In this document: in pieces, positions 38,842 through 51,900 of the stretch
Layout: each line of letters begins with the position of its first letter
Numbering within the stretch: position 1 is the stretch's first letter
Position numbers and translations under genes: made by a program
Source of the DNA: Chiloscyllium plagiosum
Taxonomy: Eukaryota
Length of the DNA: 64,000 bases
Reading direction: 5' to 3'
Assembly: GCF_004010195.1 (NCBI RefSeq)
Contig: NC_057719.1
Span: 42,245,820 to 42,309,819 of the forward strand
Notes under the pieces: model-generated
What the model saw: the letters and a program-made list of their open reading frames with translations, nothing else
Told to the model about the DNA's origin: nothing
Databases searched by the model: none

Positions 38842-40687
38842 TTACATCAGTCCAATTGAATGGACGCTAGAGACTGCCATACTTCCCTCTCCTCTGGGGA
38901 GGAAGTAGGGGTAGGCATCGCACCTCCTCACCTTCATTTGGATGGAGAAGAAGCATTTTCTGGGGGGATCCAATGCTGTTAAAGAAGTTATTAGCTTAGC
39001 AATAATACATTTAACAATAACAATCTCAGAAAAGAGACAAACTAAAACAATACCAATATACATGGCCAGATTTATCAACCAGTTGTACCTTGAGGCAAAT
39101 CCCCAATCTCCCCATCCCGCGCCTTCCAATTGACTGACGAAGGTGTGGATGTTATCTACATGCCTGGTAATATTCCCGATGAGGTCAGTAACCCCCATCA
39201 TACACTTGCATTTTACCATGGCGCAAACCCTACCCTCTTTTGCGAGTCGGTAGTCGCGTACATACTGGTTTGTTGGGAAAATAGGAGTAATTCTGAAAGC
39301 ATGTCCTTAACTCCTGCTAAGGCCACACCATCTTGTTGTCCAAGAGGGTGAGGCTGCAAATGAGATAATTTCGGTTTTGATGGCTAATAATTCCTGCAGA
39401 CTCTCCTAAGGAAAACATACTAAGAAATGCTTACCCCACAGACTGAGCTTTAGTGCTGCCCAAAGCCTTAGCATCCCTCCATTGTGCACAGAACTCAGGT
39501 GAGACTGAACGTTTGACAGGGAATCCCCAATCCCATTCCCAGGTAATTGGACAGTGAACAGTAGTCGGGAAAAGTGTCCCTACAGCTACAGCATGGGGAG
39601 TACATATTTCATTAAGAACAAGGAAGTCGGTTGGTTTACCTTGGCTGAGAAAATAGTAACCAGGTTTCGGTAGATAATGGAGGGGGCTTCCCAATAAGAA
39701 GCAGGCCTATCTTTGTGACTTCCCCGAACATATGGGTAGTCCATGGCTACAAAGTATGGTTGTCCTGAGTATTTATGGTGAAAGCTGCTCAATAAAAAGA
39801 CGTGGGTCTTTCGGTAAGTGATGCGGTTATTATCCCAGAATGGTTTCTTCCATCCCACAATTGAGAAGATGGAGGTGCCGTTGAGGTCTCATAGTGAAGG
39901 GGGGTGGTGCTGTTACCCATACCACAAAGAGCCTGAATACCAGCAACAACAGAAACACACTCCTCCAAGATGCATTCGCATGAGATGCGAGGCCCCACAG
40001 GGGAGCAGTAGCAGTTGTGACATTTGATCATAGCGTATGGAATAGTTTGGTCACATTCACATAAGTGCACCCCCATCCCTTACCATTGTAACAATTTGGA
40101 TAGACTACCTCAGACCTGTTGGAGGGAGTCCACAAGCAACTAGCAAGTGGGGATAAGTAACAGTCAAAAGAAATATTATGTACAGTAAACGCCTTAGAAG
40201 CATTCCATACTCCTTCATTGGGATTCGGGAAGGGGAAAGGAGTCAAAGAGTTTTTTGCTGATGTAAGGGCGTAACAGACCACTTCATCCCAGCTGAATAT
40301 TTTATTATAACTCTGACGAAACAGATTGTGAGTGAAACTTCTGTTCCTATTGGGCCCCCAGCAAAACCCGGATATATGGGGGTAGGTATGCCAGACCTGG
40401 GTAAGGTACAGAAATCACAGGTGTGATTTGTCTTTCGCAGCGTGCAGATTAAGCCCTATTTGAATAGGGGCAAGGCTTACCAGGGCCGCCCATAGTACAA
40501 CTGAAATGAAACTGGCACACAACACCCTGACAGGGTAAAGACCATTGAGACTTGTCCTATAAATGAATTGTCTGATCTTCTTGATGCAGTTGACCATTGC
40601 GACAGTCATTCTCGGTAATGTTCCATGCATCGAATCAATCAGTCTCTTGGCACCTAAGGACATCTTTTCTGCATAAATGATACACAA
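38842..40687 (-). pseudogene. env: ERV env remnant
   Basis: Signal-like 'VLCASFISVVLWAALVSLA'; Cys-rich SU fragments; cleavage-like 'PVKR|SV'; ISD/CX6C-like 'NQYVRDYRLAKEGRVCAMVKCKC'; TM helix 'WLINLAMYIGIVLVCLF'; multiple frameshifts. Confidence 0.85.
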
Positions 40688-40735
40688 TCTCTAATTGTTC
40701 AGGTTCACATGGGTAAACAGTCCCTTCTTGAGCAC

Positions 40736-40826
40736 CATAGAGTCATAGAGATGTACAGCATGGAAACAGACCCTTTGGTCCAACCCGTCCATGCCGACCA
40801 GATATCCCAACCCAATCTAGTCCCAA
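40736..40826 (-). mobile_element. Short CR1 3'-end insertion inside the ERV
   Basis: Nearly identical to the CR1 tail at 37347-37440 (catagagtcatagagatgtacagcatggaaacag...). Confidence 0.8.
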
Positions 40827-40849
40827 TGCCATCAATGACGATTCGATAT

Positions 40850-41520
40850 AGCAGGGTAAGTTTGATCTTCATCATCTCCCCCTTTGCAAGGGACTCTTCC
40901 GTTGACTTTGCAATGATGGAGGTGCCTGGTGATCTTATCAGCTGTCGGAGTGGTGAGAGAGCCTGGAAGGGCCCCTCCCATCGCGTTTGGAGGCTGTGGT
41001 GTGTCTATTGTAACTGAGTATAAACTATTCCCTCCTTGCCCAAGTATGTACAAAATGCACATAATCAACTAAAGTAGGCAGCAGCAAAGAAGGAACACAA
41101 ACTTGTCCAGCAGGGGTTACCCACATTTTGGTTTGAGTATCAAGGGAATACCCTATTTGAGACCATAGTTTGAGCTCTTCAGCAGGGTCCTTCCCCTGTG
41201 ATTTCTGTACCTTACCCAGGTCTGGTATACCTATCCCTATATTGTCTCTATCCGGGTTTTGCTGGGGGCCCAATGGAATCAGAAGTTTGCGGTGTAAGGC
41301 TGCCTGCTTGGCAACTGCATCCACCTGCCCATTACATTGGAAACTGTATCAGTTGTCTCAGCGTGAGCCAAACATCCTCATAACTGCCAGATTGATTGGA
41401 CAAAACAGCATTACTATAATGCCGCCCCATGGGGGTTAAAAATCCTCTATGTTCTCACAAGGCTCCAAAATCATGGGTCACACCAAGAGCACATCGGAAG
41501 AGTCAGTGTATATTCAAGCA
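40850..41520 (-). pseudogene. pol: ERV pol remnant (RNase H C-terminus, integrase N- and C-termini only)
   Basis: 'NI.TDS...GVTHDFGAL..HRGFLT', 'DAVAKQAA', 'VCVPSLLLPTLVDYVHFVHT' (zinc-binding region), 'RWEGPFQ...TTPTA' (GPY/F module). Confidence 0.85.
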
Positions 41521-41539
41521 TGTTGATTCCCCACGTTAA

Positions 41540-42660
41540 CTCAAAGGTAACATTGAAAACACATCACTCCCCAGTGGCCACATTGCCACAGTAAAAGCAA
41601 AGGCCAGCCATTTATCCCTGGGGGATTTTGCTTTCTTGTTCTCAGTCTCAAAGGTGTAATACTGGGGCCTGCCTGTCCCCATTTCCAGGGTCCCCTCAGG
41701 AAAAGGTTGCTCAGCAGTTGTTGTTGGGTTGGCATCTGAGATAGGTGAAGTATCCTGGTCCCAATTAACCCTGTCAGGGCTGGCACATGGCATTGGCGAT
41801 CGCGAGTGTGCTGGATATAATCGGTTTGAACTGTAACTTGCATCGTGGTTCAGTCTGGTTCTGGCCATCCCCATAGAAAACCATCGCTCACTTAATTTGC
41901 GACTGGAAATTCCTGGACTAGTTCATACTGTTTGTCTGGATCACGTCAGTGACACTAGGTGGAAAACATTGCAAAAGCATAGGGTTAAACAAAGGTAATT
42001 TAGCTTCTTGGTTATTTTTCAATGTATACCACTTCCATCAGACAGATAGCCACATATTTCAGTCTTGTAACACAAGCCATTTGTATTCAGGGTACTCCCA
42101 GGATTTTGTATCACCCTTGAGCAAATTGGGCCAGTTTGTTCTTGTGGTCAGGAGCATGTTTCATTAACATTACTCTAATTCCCAGGATGGGCCCTGGTTT
42201 AGGATGGTGCAGTCCACTCATCCCCATGATATTGGCTATGAAGACTGAATGCTTCATTTTCAAAAGAAGGAAAAGTTTGTAATAAGGAGGGAGGGTGGTC
42301 TGTGCTGGGGACAATCAGGAGATGTTAGAGGCTCAGAGGGTATCCAGGAACATAATCCTCATTCTCATCCCTATTAGTGTCATCCCTCTTCCTCAAATAG
42401 GGTCAGTATGCCAGACATAGGCTCAGTATTACAGGTAGAATCTAAGTTCTTTATTTTACAGCATTGTTGCTTTAACCCTGTTTGTATATTTCTCAGCCTT
42501 AGTGGCCTTACACTGTTTCTCATGTTCCTTTTATTTATTCATCTACCCATTCACAATAGCTCCCATCTTTTGGGAGTTCCATCTGCTATACATACCTCTA
42601 TCCCCCAATCACATGCAGATTTCCTTCAAATGGCCAGAAAGGTATCTTTCCATTCTTTCG
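41540..42660 (-). pseudogene. gag: ERV gag remnant
   Basis: Matrix-like 'PFWPFEG', late-domain-like 'LPPYY', frameshifted zinc knuckle 'CFYCG../GHWGVMC' near 41560-41600; many stops. Confidence 0.65.
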
Positions 42661-44892
42661 TTGACAATGAATTAATGCAGCCATGCTTCAAATTAACCAT
42701 GAGGCAATGAGACAGGTCACTGACAATGTGTAAAGGAAGAAAACCAAGCGATCCTGCCAATTAATTCTGATTTTGTGATTTAGGGCAAATACAATTAATT
42801 ATATATATTAAAAAAAATCATTATCTGTAATTCAGAGGTGGAAGCTAAACAAGTGACTAAGACATTTTAAAAGTCATCAATATAAACTGGAAATTCATTT
42901 ATTCAGTAGTCAATATTTAAAATGTAAAATGTATACAGTTTCCAATTCTGAAATCCACTATAATTACCTGGTTCTGGTCTTTAATTTAAATACCAGATTA
43001 GGTTCCTTAAACGGTCCTGACCAGTCATTGCTCATTTACAATGCTATAGGCCGTGAAATGGCTGCAGCTGCCTTAAAAGTTCTCATCTACTCACATGGTA
43101 ACAAAAAACTTCTAATGAACGAATAATGGCTGAATCCAAAGACACAGATATTAACCATAGGTTGTTAATTTTGTTACATGATTTATCACAACCTAATGTT
43201 GAACTGAAACTTCAATTGTCATTGAGGGAGGGGAACTAATATAAAATAAAGCTGCGACTGGCACATCATTGTCACCAATGAAACACAGCAATCTTAAAAC
43301 TAAGTGGAAACAAATGAGTTTAAAAAAATTAAATCTGCTAGTATCATTTTCTGAAAACAACGCTGTTGGTTTGGGATGTTTATATTTCCAGCTTTACAAA
43401 ATTTAACTAAATTAAATAAGGTTCATGCAATTCCTCCACTCAATGAGCAAATGTTAAAGTCAGAAGTGATTTTCCTCAATGTTAGGTTTAGATTAGGTTT
43501 AGACCTGCTCTCATCCTGGAACAGAATGATTCTGCCCCTTAAGTCCAGGTTTAGTGCTACTGCTTTACTCCCTTTTGTCAATTCTTTCATTAGTACAACA
43601 CGGAGGGGTGAGAGGGGTGAAAATGATCTTTGTCAATAACATGAAATTATGGGGAATTTGAGAGCAAGTTTATACTGATGTCAAATGGTGCAGGATTGAA
43701 GGAGAAGGCCTTTTTTTAAAAAAAAAGATGATAATGTCACCTTCCTCTGTATTAAACTAATTTGAAATTAAATAAGATTGGCTTTCAAGCATAACAGTGA
43801 TTAGTTAGAAATTGACAGTAGGACAATCATGGTCTGTAAGAAGGACAGGGTTCATATTTCGTTTCATAATCACTGATGGATCCTTAACCTTAAAAAAAAT
43901 CATGTTAAATTCCCAAAATGCAAATCAAATTCAAAATAGTCCTGGATCTTGAGCTCCAGCAATTAAAACACAAACATTCAATCACCAACAAGCAGATGTG
44001 CATCCAAACCGAATCTGAAAGGGTTAAACTTCCTGCAAGCTGCAGGGAATTAGCACTGATTCTCTCTGTCTCTATCTCTATCTCTCTCTCTCTCTCTTTC
44101 TCACACACACACATTCCAAAAGTCAAAGTTAGGGAGTTTTACCCTCTTAAATCTTGGCTGTGGCACATAGCTGCTTAACCAAGTGTGCAAGATCTGTATC
44201 ACTGACCAGCTTTCTTTTCTTTTAACATGACAAAAGCAGCAACCACCCTCCATATTTCATAAACAAAGAACAAACACCAAAACAAACAGAACAAAAGACA
44301 AAGCAGCAAAGCAAGATAAGCCAAGCCAAACAGATACAACAGAGAAGATAATCTCAACCTAAAACATTCACTAATCAACAATCCTTCAATGAAAAACAAG
44401 ACTAATGATTTCTGCAAAACATTCTCGACATTCTAAAACCCTGACAGTTTTGTCATAATATATCGCGATACTTATTTGTTTTGTCTTTCACATAACGATT
44501 TAGGAATCACTTTAGACAGCTCCAATCCAACCTAATTCTGTCTCTGACTCTATTCACAGGTTCCCCCATTTCCTGGAGTCACAGACTCCTTGGGGTCCCC
44601 GAACCCTTTGATTTAGAGTCCCTGACTCTATTCACAGGTCCCTGACCTGTTAGTGGAAGGCCCTGACTTCCTGGGGTCCCCGACCCCTCTCTTAGAGTGA
44701 ATTCTTACCAGGGCTGATACATCTCGGGTTGGACCGAGATGATAAGTAGTGAGGGGTCAGGTCAACCACGACTTGAATGAGAGGAAAACCAAGTAGATAT
44801 AAAATACTCACGTCTGGCTGGCCGATTTTTCTAAACTCATTAGTGGAGGACTCAAGGCTCTTACACCGCTGCCAACAATCTGTCCATGCCAA

Positions 44893-44910
44893 GCCCAGCT
44901 TACAGCACCA
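44893..44910 (-). other. Primer-binding site (degenerate; tRNA-Phe or tRNA-His like)
   Basis: TGGTGCTGTAAGCTGGGC immediately after the 5' LTR; compare Phe TGGTGCCGAAACCCGGG and His TGGTGCCGTGACTCGGA. Confidence 0.65.
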
Positions 44911-44912
44911 GA

Positions 44913-45563
44913 TGAAGATCTGGATCCCCGCAGGAGGTCTCTCTGTTCTACGATTGGTCAATAAACACTAACAATTCAGTCTGGTTCTGTAACATTTCAC
45001 ACTTTATTCAATCTTGAGCGGGCACAGGTTAAACACTTCTGTGTTCCTCAGAGAAACTGCGCACATGGCTTAAGACAAAGACATTTTTATACTTTTTTTG
45101 AGAGAAGTACAGGGCATCATTACAAAGCACATTCAGACAATTATCAATTAATTTTAATGAAATGACTTTATTGACTGCAATTTAGCCCAATGATATTTCC
45201 TGGGAATTAACCTTATTTTCCAACATCCAAGTACTCCTATCTCATGAACCTAGTCTCTACACCTGCATGTGCAAGGTCAGTTAGGATGGCTAGTATTGTC
45301 TTGTCGAGTTGAGTTATTTCCATGCTGTAAAGGAAGCATTGTCTGCTAATGTTTGTTGATACAGACTATGGTTAGTTCAGCTTTTAGCAGGGTTAAAAGC
45401 CATATTATGCAGCTTTAAGCAGAAATGTCAATTTGCAGCCTAGAAGCCATTTTGTTATGTTATTTGCATTAAGAAGCCATTTTATTGCTGCCTATTTTAG
45501 TAAGAGCATGTAGTACTGACTACAACTAGTTACTTCAGCCTGTATTCTGATTTCAGATCCTTA
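44913..45563 (-). repeat. ERV 5' LTR
   Basis: Direct repeat of 38096-38789; TATAAAA and AATAAA on the minus strand; outer terminal TG mutated to TA; PBS follows after 2 nt. Confidence 0.92.
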
Positions 45564-46584
45564 CATCTATCATCAATCTTCACTGTATGGCATATTTATT
45601 CAATTTTTATTCAATTTGATACTCTCCTTAACTTCCTTATTAGGCAATATAATGCATCCTTCTCACAGAGTGGATGAAAGAATCTTTCAATTGGACAGTG
45701 ATGTACATCTGCAGTGCATGGAATACACTGGCTAAAATGCTTCCTAAACTCTCTGAGTAAAAAGATTGGAACACAGTAAGGAATTTGAGAGTTCTACAAG
45801 TTTTAACTTTGGAGATAACACAATAAGGTCTTTAAAAAGTGTAGGAAATCCTTATAAACTATCCTTAGACAAGACCTTCCAAACACATGACCACATCCAT
45901 CTTGAAAATCAAGATATGGAAACACTACCGCCTTCATACCACTGACTATCCTAACTTGGAAATGTATCAATGTTCCTTCATTGTCATTGGGTCAAAATCC
46001 TGGAATTCCCTCCCTAACAGTCTACCTACAGTACATGGACTGCAGCAGTTCAAGAAGGCAGCTCACCACCATCTTCTCAAGGCAATAAATACTGGCCTTC
46101 CAGCAACACTCACGTCCCATGAGAGATTTTTTTTAAAAAGCCAGTATCAATCAGTTCATTAACATGGGTGCAGTGTCAAATGAAATACCACTGTTTATGC
46201 ACCTCCACATTATTTTTATTATAAATTCATGTAGCTCCAGTGAAGAAAGTAAGGAAATGTTATTGACACTAAATGTGACAAAGGTTTTGGAAGAGCGGGG
46301 AGAATAAAATTGAGATAAACAATCAGCCTTTATCACATTTAATAACAGAGCTGGCATGATGGGCTCAATGGCATACTCCTGCTCTGATTCTTTGTGTTTT
46401 CTGTTTTTCACTATCCACGAACCCCAGCTTATAATTACTCAGTAGCTTCCAAAGTGGCTACTGGGCCCTTAAATACTTACTGCTGAAAAAGGGGCTGTAG
46501 ATTTTTGCTCCTCAGTCCCTGTTTGGTGGCATCTTCTACTGTGTAGTAACTCATGTAAAATTTTAAATCTTTGTCCTATTTCAG

Positions 46585-46721
46585 AAAGAAGTTCTTTATG
46601 GTCACTTGGCCCGAATAATCCCATAAATCCTGACTATGCCAGAATTGAACAGCTTTTCTGCTTCTCCTTATCACAAATGAAAGAGAAAGACCAAACCCTC
46701 TTCAAAAAGGAGCCAAAGGAG
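46585..46721 (+). CDS. INF2: INF2-like formin, FH2 exon (ERSSLWSLGPNNPINPDYARIEQLFCFSLSQMKEKDQTLFKKEPKE)
   Basis: Acceptor tcctatttcag, donor GAG|gtagct; resembles INF2 lasso/linker 'EHNSMW...PDFSSIERLF...KEPKE'; phase joins the next exon. Orthologue vs paralogue not resolved. Confidence 0.88.
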
Positions 46722-46989
46722 GTAGCTACAGACGAATGCATTGTTTTACGGAAAGTATAACGTAATCATTCAATTTAACTCTTTTGTTAGGTTATACAAA
46801 AAAGTCAAAGTGTTTCTGAAAGTAAGAATATATTTGCTACCTTTCTGTTTTGTTTTAAGTTCTTAAATATCAACCTTGGCTCAGTGGGAGCAGTCCCAAT
46901 TCCTTAATAATAGGTTCAAGCCTTATGCCAAAGACAAACACATAAACCCCAGTTACTGCTTTAGTGCAGTACTGTAGAGGTTATTATTA

Positions 46990-47483
46990 AATTATTATTA
47001 AGCTGGAAAAGGTGCAGAAGACATTTACCAGATTGTTGCCAGGAACAGAGGGTTTCAGTTATAAGGAGAGGCTGGATAGGCTGGGACTTTTCTCACTATA
47101 GCGTAGGAGGTTGAGGGGTGACCTTACAGAGATTTATAAAATTGTGAGGGGTGTGGATAAGGTAAATGGCAGGTGTCTTTTCTCTAGGGATAGAGCATTT
47201 CAAGAGGAGGGGACATATTTTTAAGGTGAGAGGAGAAAGATTCAAAAGGGACATGACGGACTTTTATCTTACACAGAAACTGGTTCATGTGTGGAATGGA
47301 CTTCCAGAGAGTGTGGTGGATGTGGAACATTACAAATTTAAAAGGCATATGGATAAGTGCATGAATAAGAAATGTTTGGAGGGATATGGGCCAAGCACAG
47401 GCAGGTGGGACTAGTTTGTTTTGGGATTATGGTCACACGGACTGGTTGGATCGAAGGATCTGTTTCTGTGCAGTATGACTCTA
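46990..47483 (+). mobile_element. CR1 3' fragment in an INF2 intron
   Basis: 'KLEKVQKTFTR', 'RRGHIFKVRGERF'; tail. Confidence 0.85.
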
Positions 47484-48026
47484 TAAATGGTAGTATTTTT
47501 AGGATTAAGTGTAAGGTGAGAGTCCTATTTGCTTTCTCAGATTGTAATCAAAGAGCCAGGAGCACAATTTACTGAGATAAGATACTCTGCTGGTTTAATG
47601 GTTGGTCATTTATTGCTCTACTGACACCACCAAACAGACAACTTGGTTGTTTGTGGAAGTCTTACAGTAAACACATTGGCCATTTGCCTAATTAATAAGA
47701 GTTAACATCGATTCTAAAATAATTTATGAAGTCCTTGGGGACATACTGAGGCTGTCAATGATGCTGCATAATTGTCAGATCTTTCTTTCTATGTATACTG
47801 ATTGTTTATTTTAAATAAAACTGTATACAACACTGTCATTATTGAATGTGAGTAAAATGAATCATTGGAAACATTCCTGCACTAGAATTAATACAGTTCT
47901 GTGAATGTACAAACACACGGCAAGATTTATTTTAACAACTGTTTCTGAAGAGAAATAGGAATGCTAAACAAAGAACTTTGGTACCCTCACCTCTTCCCTA
48001 ACATTTGTCGTTGCATTTTTTTTCAG

Positions 48027-48088
48027 GTTACATTTCTAGACTCAAAGAAAAGCCTTACTTTGAACATATTTTTAAAACAGTTCAAATG
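48027..48088 (+). CDS. INF2: INF2-like FH2 exon ([21 protein letters not shown])
   Basis: ttttttttcag acceptor, TG|gtgagt donor; matches INF2 '[21 protein letters not shown]', including the conserved actin-contacting Ile. Confidence 0.93.
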
Positions 48089-48969
48089 GTGAGTGATGCT
48101 GCATAATTGGCTCAGATATTTTGATGATCAGATGGTCATTCCTGCACATTAGGCTGTAGTTTTATGCCAAGACTATGCAGAAGCCCAGGAAATTGAATTT
48201 TCTGATAAGCAATTCTTCTGGGTCTGAAAGCCTCCAAACAAAACCCTCAACTTTAGAGGTTTCCGACTCAGTAAAGCTTAACTCTTACCCAGAAAATTTA
48301 AAGGGTTAAAAATCTACTCTATTTCTTGGGTAACTATTAAAATGAATTTCCAATGCATCACTGACCTCTCCAAATGCAACCCCTTAACCCATGACACTCC
48401 CTGACCAATATCCTTCCTCTACCAAGACTTTACCTGACCTAACCCCACTGGACATGACAGCCCATACTACTTCACATTCCAACCCTGCAGTCCCAACTAT
48501 ATCATACACACACACACACACACACAAACCCACTGCCACTCAAACCAACTCTGCTGGATCCAATATCTCTTCCCCCAGCACTGACCTGATTTCACACTGC
48601 CAGACTTGGAAATGACCTCCTGCCCTCCTCCCCAGACCTGACCCTGACAACAAAAAGTTCACTCTACAACCGGACTCTTCCTGATTCTCTTGGATTCGCC
48701 AACTCCCCCTCCCGAACTGCCTCTGCTTAACCTGACATACAAATACTCCCAGACTAACCTGCCAGATCCCATCTTCTTGCTCATTCCCCCCAGTACAATC
48801 CCCTCTGATCCAATACCCACCCAATCTGCCCTGACCTCCCAGCTCTGATACTGCCAACCTCAGGCCTGAGCAGCCTGCCTATCAGCCTTGATACGTGCAC
48901 CCCTTGATCTGAGCCTCCCCACCCTTCACAGATCCATCACACTCTCACAATCTCACAACCCTGATCAAA

Positions 48970-51900
48970 TCGAATGGATCGGTTTGAGCGACAGTTAGAG
49001 GCAATGAAGAATTTACAAGAGCAAGGGGTTGTGACGGCTGGCAGTTATAGGAAGGGAGAAAAGTTGCAGGTACAGTCACATAAATGGGTTAACTCCAGAA
49101 AAGGTAAGAGAGGTATGCAGGTAGTGCAGAACTCTTCTGTGGTTATTCCCAGTTCAAACAAGTATGCTATTTAGGAAACGGTAGGGGTGATGGATTCTCA
49201 GGAGAATGTAGCACAAACAGCCAAGTTTCTGGTATCAAGACTGGCTCTAATGCAATGAGGGGTATGGCAGGTTCCAAGAGATCGATTGTGTTAGGGGATT
49301 CTCCAGTCCAAGGCACAGACAGACATTTCTGTGGCCAGCAGCAAAATATCAGAATGGTGTATTGTCTCCCTGGTGCCAGGTTCAAGGATGTCTCAGAGAG
49401 GGTACAGAACGTTCTGAAGGGGGAGAGGACCCAGCAGGAGGTCATTGTACACATGGAACCAATGTCATAGGAAGGGAAAAGGATGACATTCTGAAGGGAG
49501 GTTACAGCGAGTTAGGCAGGAATTTAAAAAGGAGGTCCTCGAGAGTAGTGCTATCTGCATTACTCCCGGTGCTACGAGCAAGTGCGAATAGGAATAGGAG
49601 AATAGAGTAGATTAATGCGTGGCTGAGGAGCTGGTGTATGGGAGAAGGATTCACATTTTTGGATCATTGGAATCCCTTCTGGGGTAGAAGTGACCTGTAC
49701 AAGACGGTCGGATTGCACCTACATTGGAGGGGGACTAATATACTGGCAGGGAGATTTGCTCGAGCTGCTCAGGACAATTTAAATTAGTAAGGTGTGGCGG
49801 GGGGGGGGGGGCGGGGGGTGTTGGGACGTAGGGAGATAGTGAGGAAAGAGATCAATCTGAGACTAATAGAGTTGAGAAAAGAAGCAAGTCAAACAGTCAG
49901 GGCAGGCAGGGACAAAACAAGTAGGACTGATAAATTAAACTGCATTTATTTCAATGCAAGAGGCCTAACAGGGAAGGCAGATGAACTCAGGGCATGGTTA
50001 GGAACATGGGACTGGGATATCATAGCAATTACAGAAACATGGCTCAGGGATGGACAGGACTGGCAGCTTAATGTTCCAGGATACAAATGCTACAAGAAGG
50101 ACAGAAAGGGAGGCAAGAGAGGAGAAGGGGGTGACGTTTTTGGTAAGGGATAGCATTACAGCTGTGCTGAGGGAGGATATTCCCAAAAATACAACCAGGG
50201 AAGTCATTTAGGTGGAACTGAGAAATAAGAAAGAGATGATCACCTTATTGGGATTTCATTATAGACCCCATAATAGTCAGAGGAAAATTGAGAAACAACT
50301 TTGGAAGGAAATCTCAGTTATCTGTAAGAATAATAGGGTGGTTATGTTAGGGGATTTTAACTTTCCAAACATAGATTGGGACTGCCATAGCATTAAGATT
50401 TAGATGGAAAGGAATTTGTTAAGTGTGTACAAGACAATTTTCTGATTCAGTATGTGGATGTACCTACTAGAGAAGGTGCAAAACTTGATTTACTCTTGGG
50501 AAATTAGGCACGGCTGGTGACTGAGGTGTAAGTGAGGGAGCATTTTGGGGCCAGTGACCATAATTCTATTAGTTTTAAAATAGTGATGGAAAAGGATAGA
50601 CCTAAAAGATCTAAAAGTCAAAGTCCTGAATTGGAGAAAGGCCAATTTTGACAGTATTAGGCAAGAACTTTCAAAAACTGATTGGGGGCAGATGTTTGCA
50701 TGTAAAGGGATGGCTGGAAAATGGGAAGTCTTCAGAAATAAGATAACAAGAGTCCAGAGAAAGTATATTCCTGTTAGGGTGAAAGGAAAGGCTGGTAGGT
50801 ATAGGGAATGCTGGATGACTAAAGAAATTAAGGGTTTGGTTAAGAAAAAGAGGGAAGCATATGTCAGGTATAGACAGGATAAATTGAGTGAATCCTTAGA
50901 AGAGTGTAAAGGCAGGAGGAGTATACTTAAGAGGGAAATCAGGTGGGCAAAAAGGGGACATGAGATAGCTTTGGCAAATAGAATTAAGGAGGATCCAATG
51001 GATCTTTACAAATACATTCAGGACAAAAGGGTAACTAGGGAGACATTAGGGCCCCTCAAAGATTAGCAAGGCGGCCTTTGTGTGGAACCGCAGGAGATGG
51101 GGAGATACTAAATAAATATTTTGCATCAGTGTTTATGGTGGAGAAGGACATGGAAGACATAGAATATAGGGATACAGAGGAGGAAATGCTGGATGTCTTG
51201 AAACACATAAAAGTGGATAAATCCCCAGGACCTGATCAGGTGTACCATTGAACTCTGTGGGAAGATAGGGAAGTGATTGCTGGGCCCCTTGCTGAGATAT
51301 TTGTATCATTGTTAGTCACAGGTGAGGTGCCGGAAGACTGGAGGTTGGCTAATGTAGTGCCACTGTTTGAGAAAGGTGGTAACAACAAGCCAGGGAACGA
51401 TAGACCAGTGAGCCTGACATTGGTGGTGGGCAAGTTGTTGGAGGGAACCCTGAGAGACAGATGTCCATGTATTTGGAAAGGCAAGGACTGATTATGGATA
51501 GTTAACATGGCTTTATGCGCGGGAAATCATGTCTCACGAACTTGATTGAAGAAGTAACAAAGAGGATTGATGAGGGCAGAGCAGTAGCCATGACCTATAT
51601 GGACTTCAGTAAGGCTTTCGACAAGGTTCCCCGTGGGAGACCAGTTAGTAAGGTTAGATTTCACAGAATACAGGGAGAATTATCTATTTGGATACAGAAC
51701 TGGCTCAAAGGTGGAGGGTTGTTTTTCAGACTGGAGGCCTGTGACCAGTGGAGTGCCACAAGGATTGGTGCTGGGTCCACTACTTTTCGTCATTTATATA
51801 AATGATTTGGATACGAGCATAAGAGTTACAGTTAGTAAGTTTGCAGATGACACCAAAATTAGAGGTGTAGTAGACAGTGAAGAAGATTACCTCAGATTAC

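Larger units (their letters stand above)
38096..45563 (-). mobile_element. Endogenous retrovirus, class I (gamma/epsilon-like), internally deleted provirus
   Basis: Two direct LTR copies with TGAAGATCTG...AGATCCT(C/T)A ends; 4-bp TSD CATC (38092-38095 / 45564-45567); PBS; gag, RNase H/IN and env remnants in retroviral order on the minus strand. Confidence 0.92.

Noticed and set aside
44199..44417. Hydrophobic 72-aa ORF as an ERV accessory membrane protein
   Set aside because: Arises from T/G-rich low-complexity leader sequence, has a non-ATG start and no recognisable motif.
48360..48960. C-rich stretch as FH1 coding sequence
   Set aside because: Lies downstream of FH2 exons inside an intron, with no long open frame; likely degenerate repeat.
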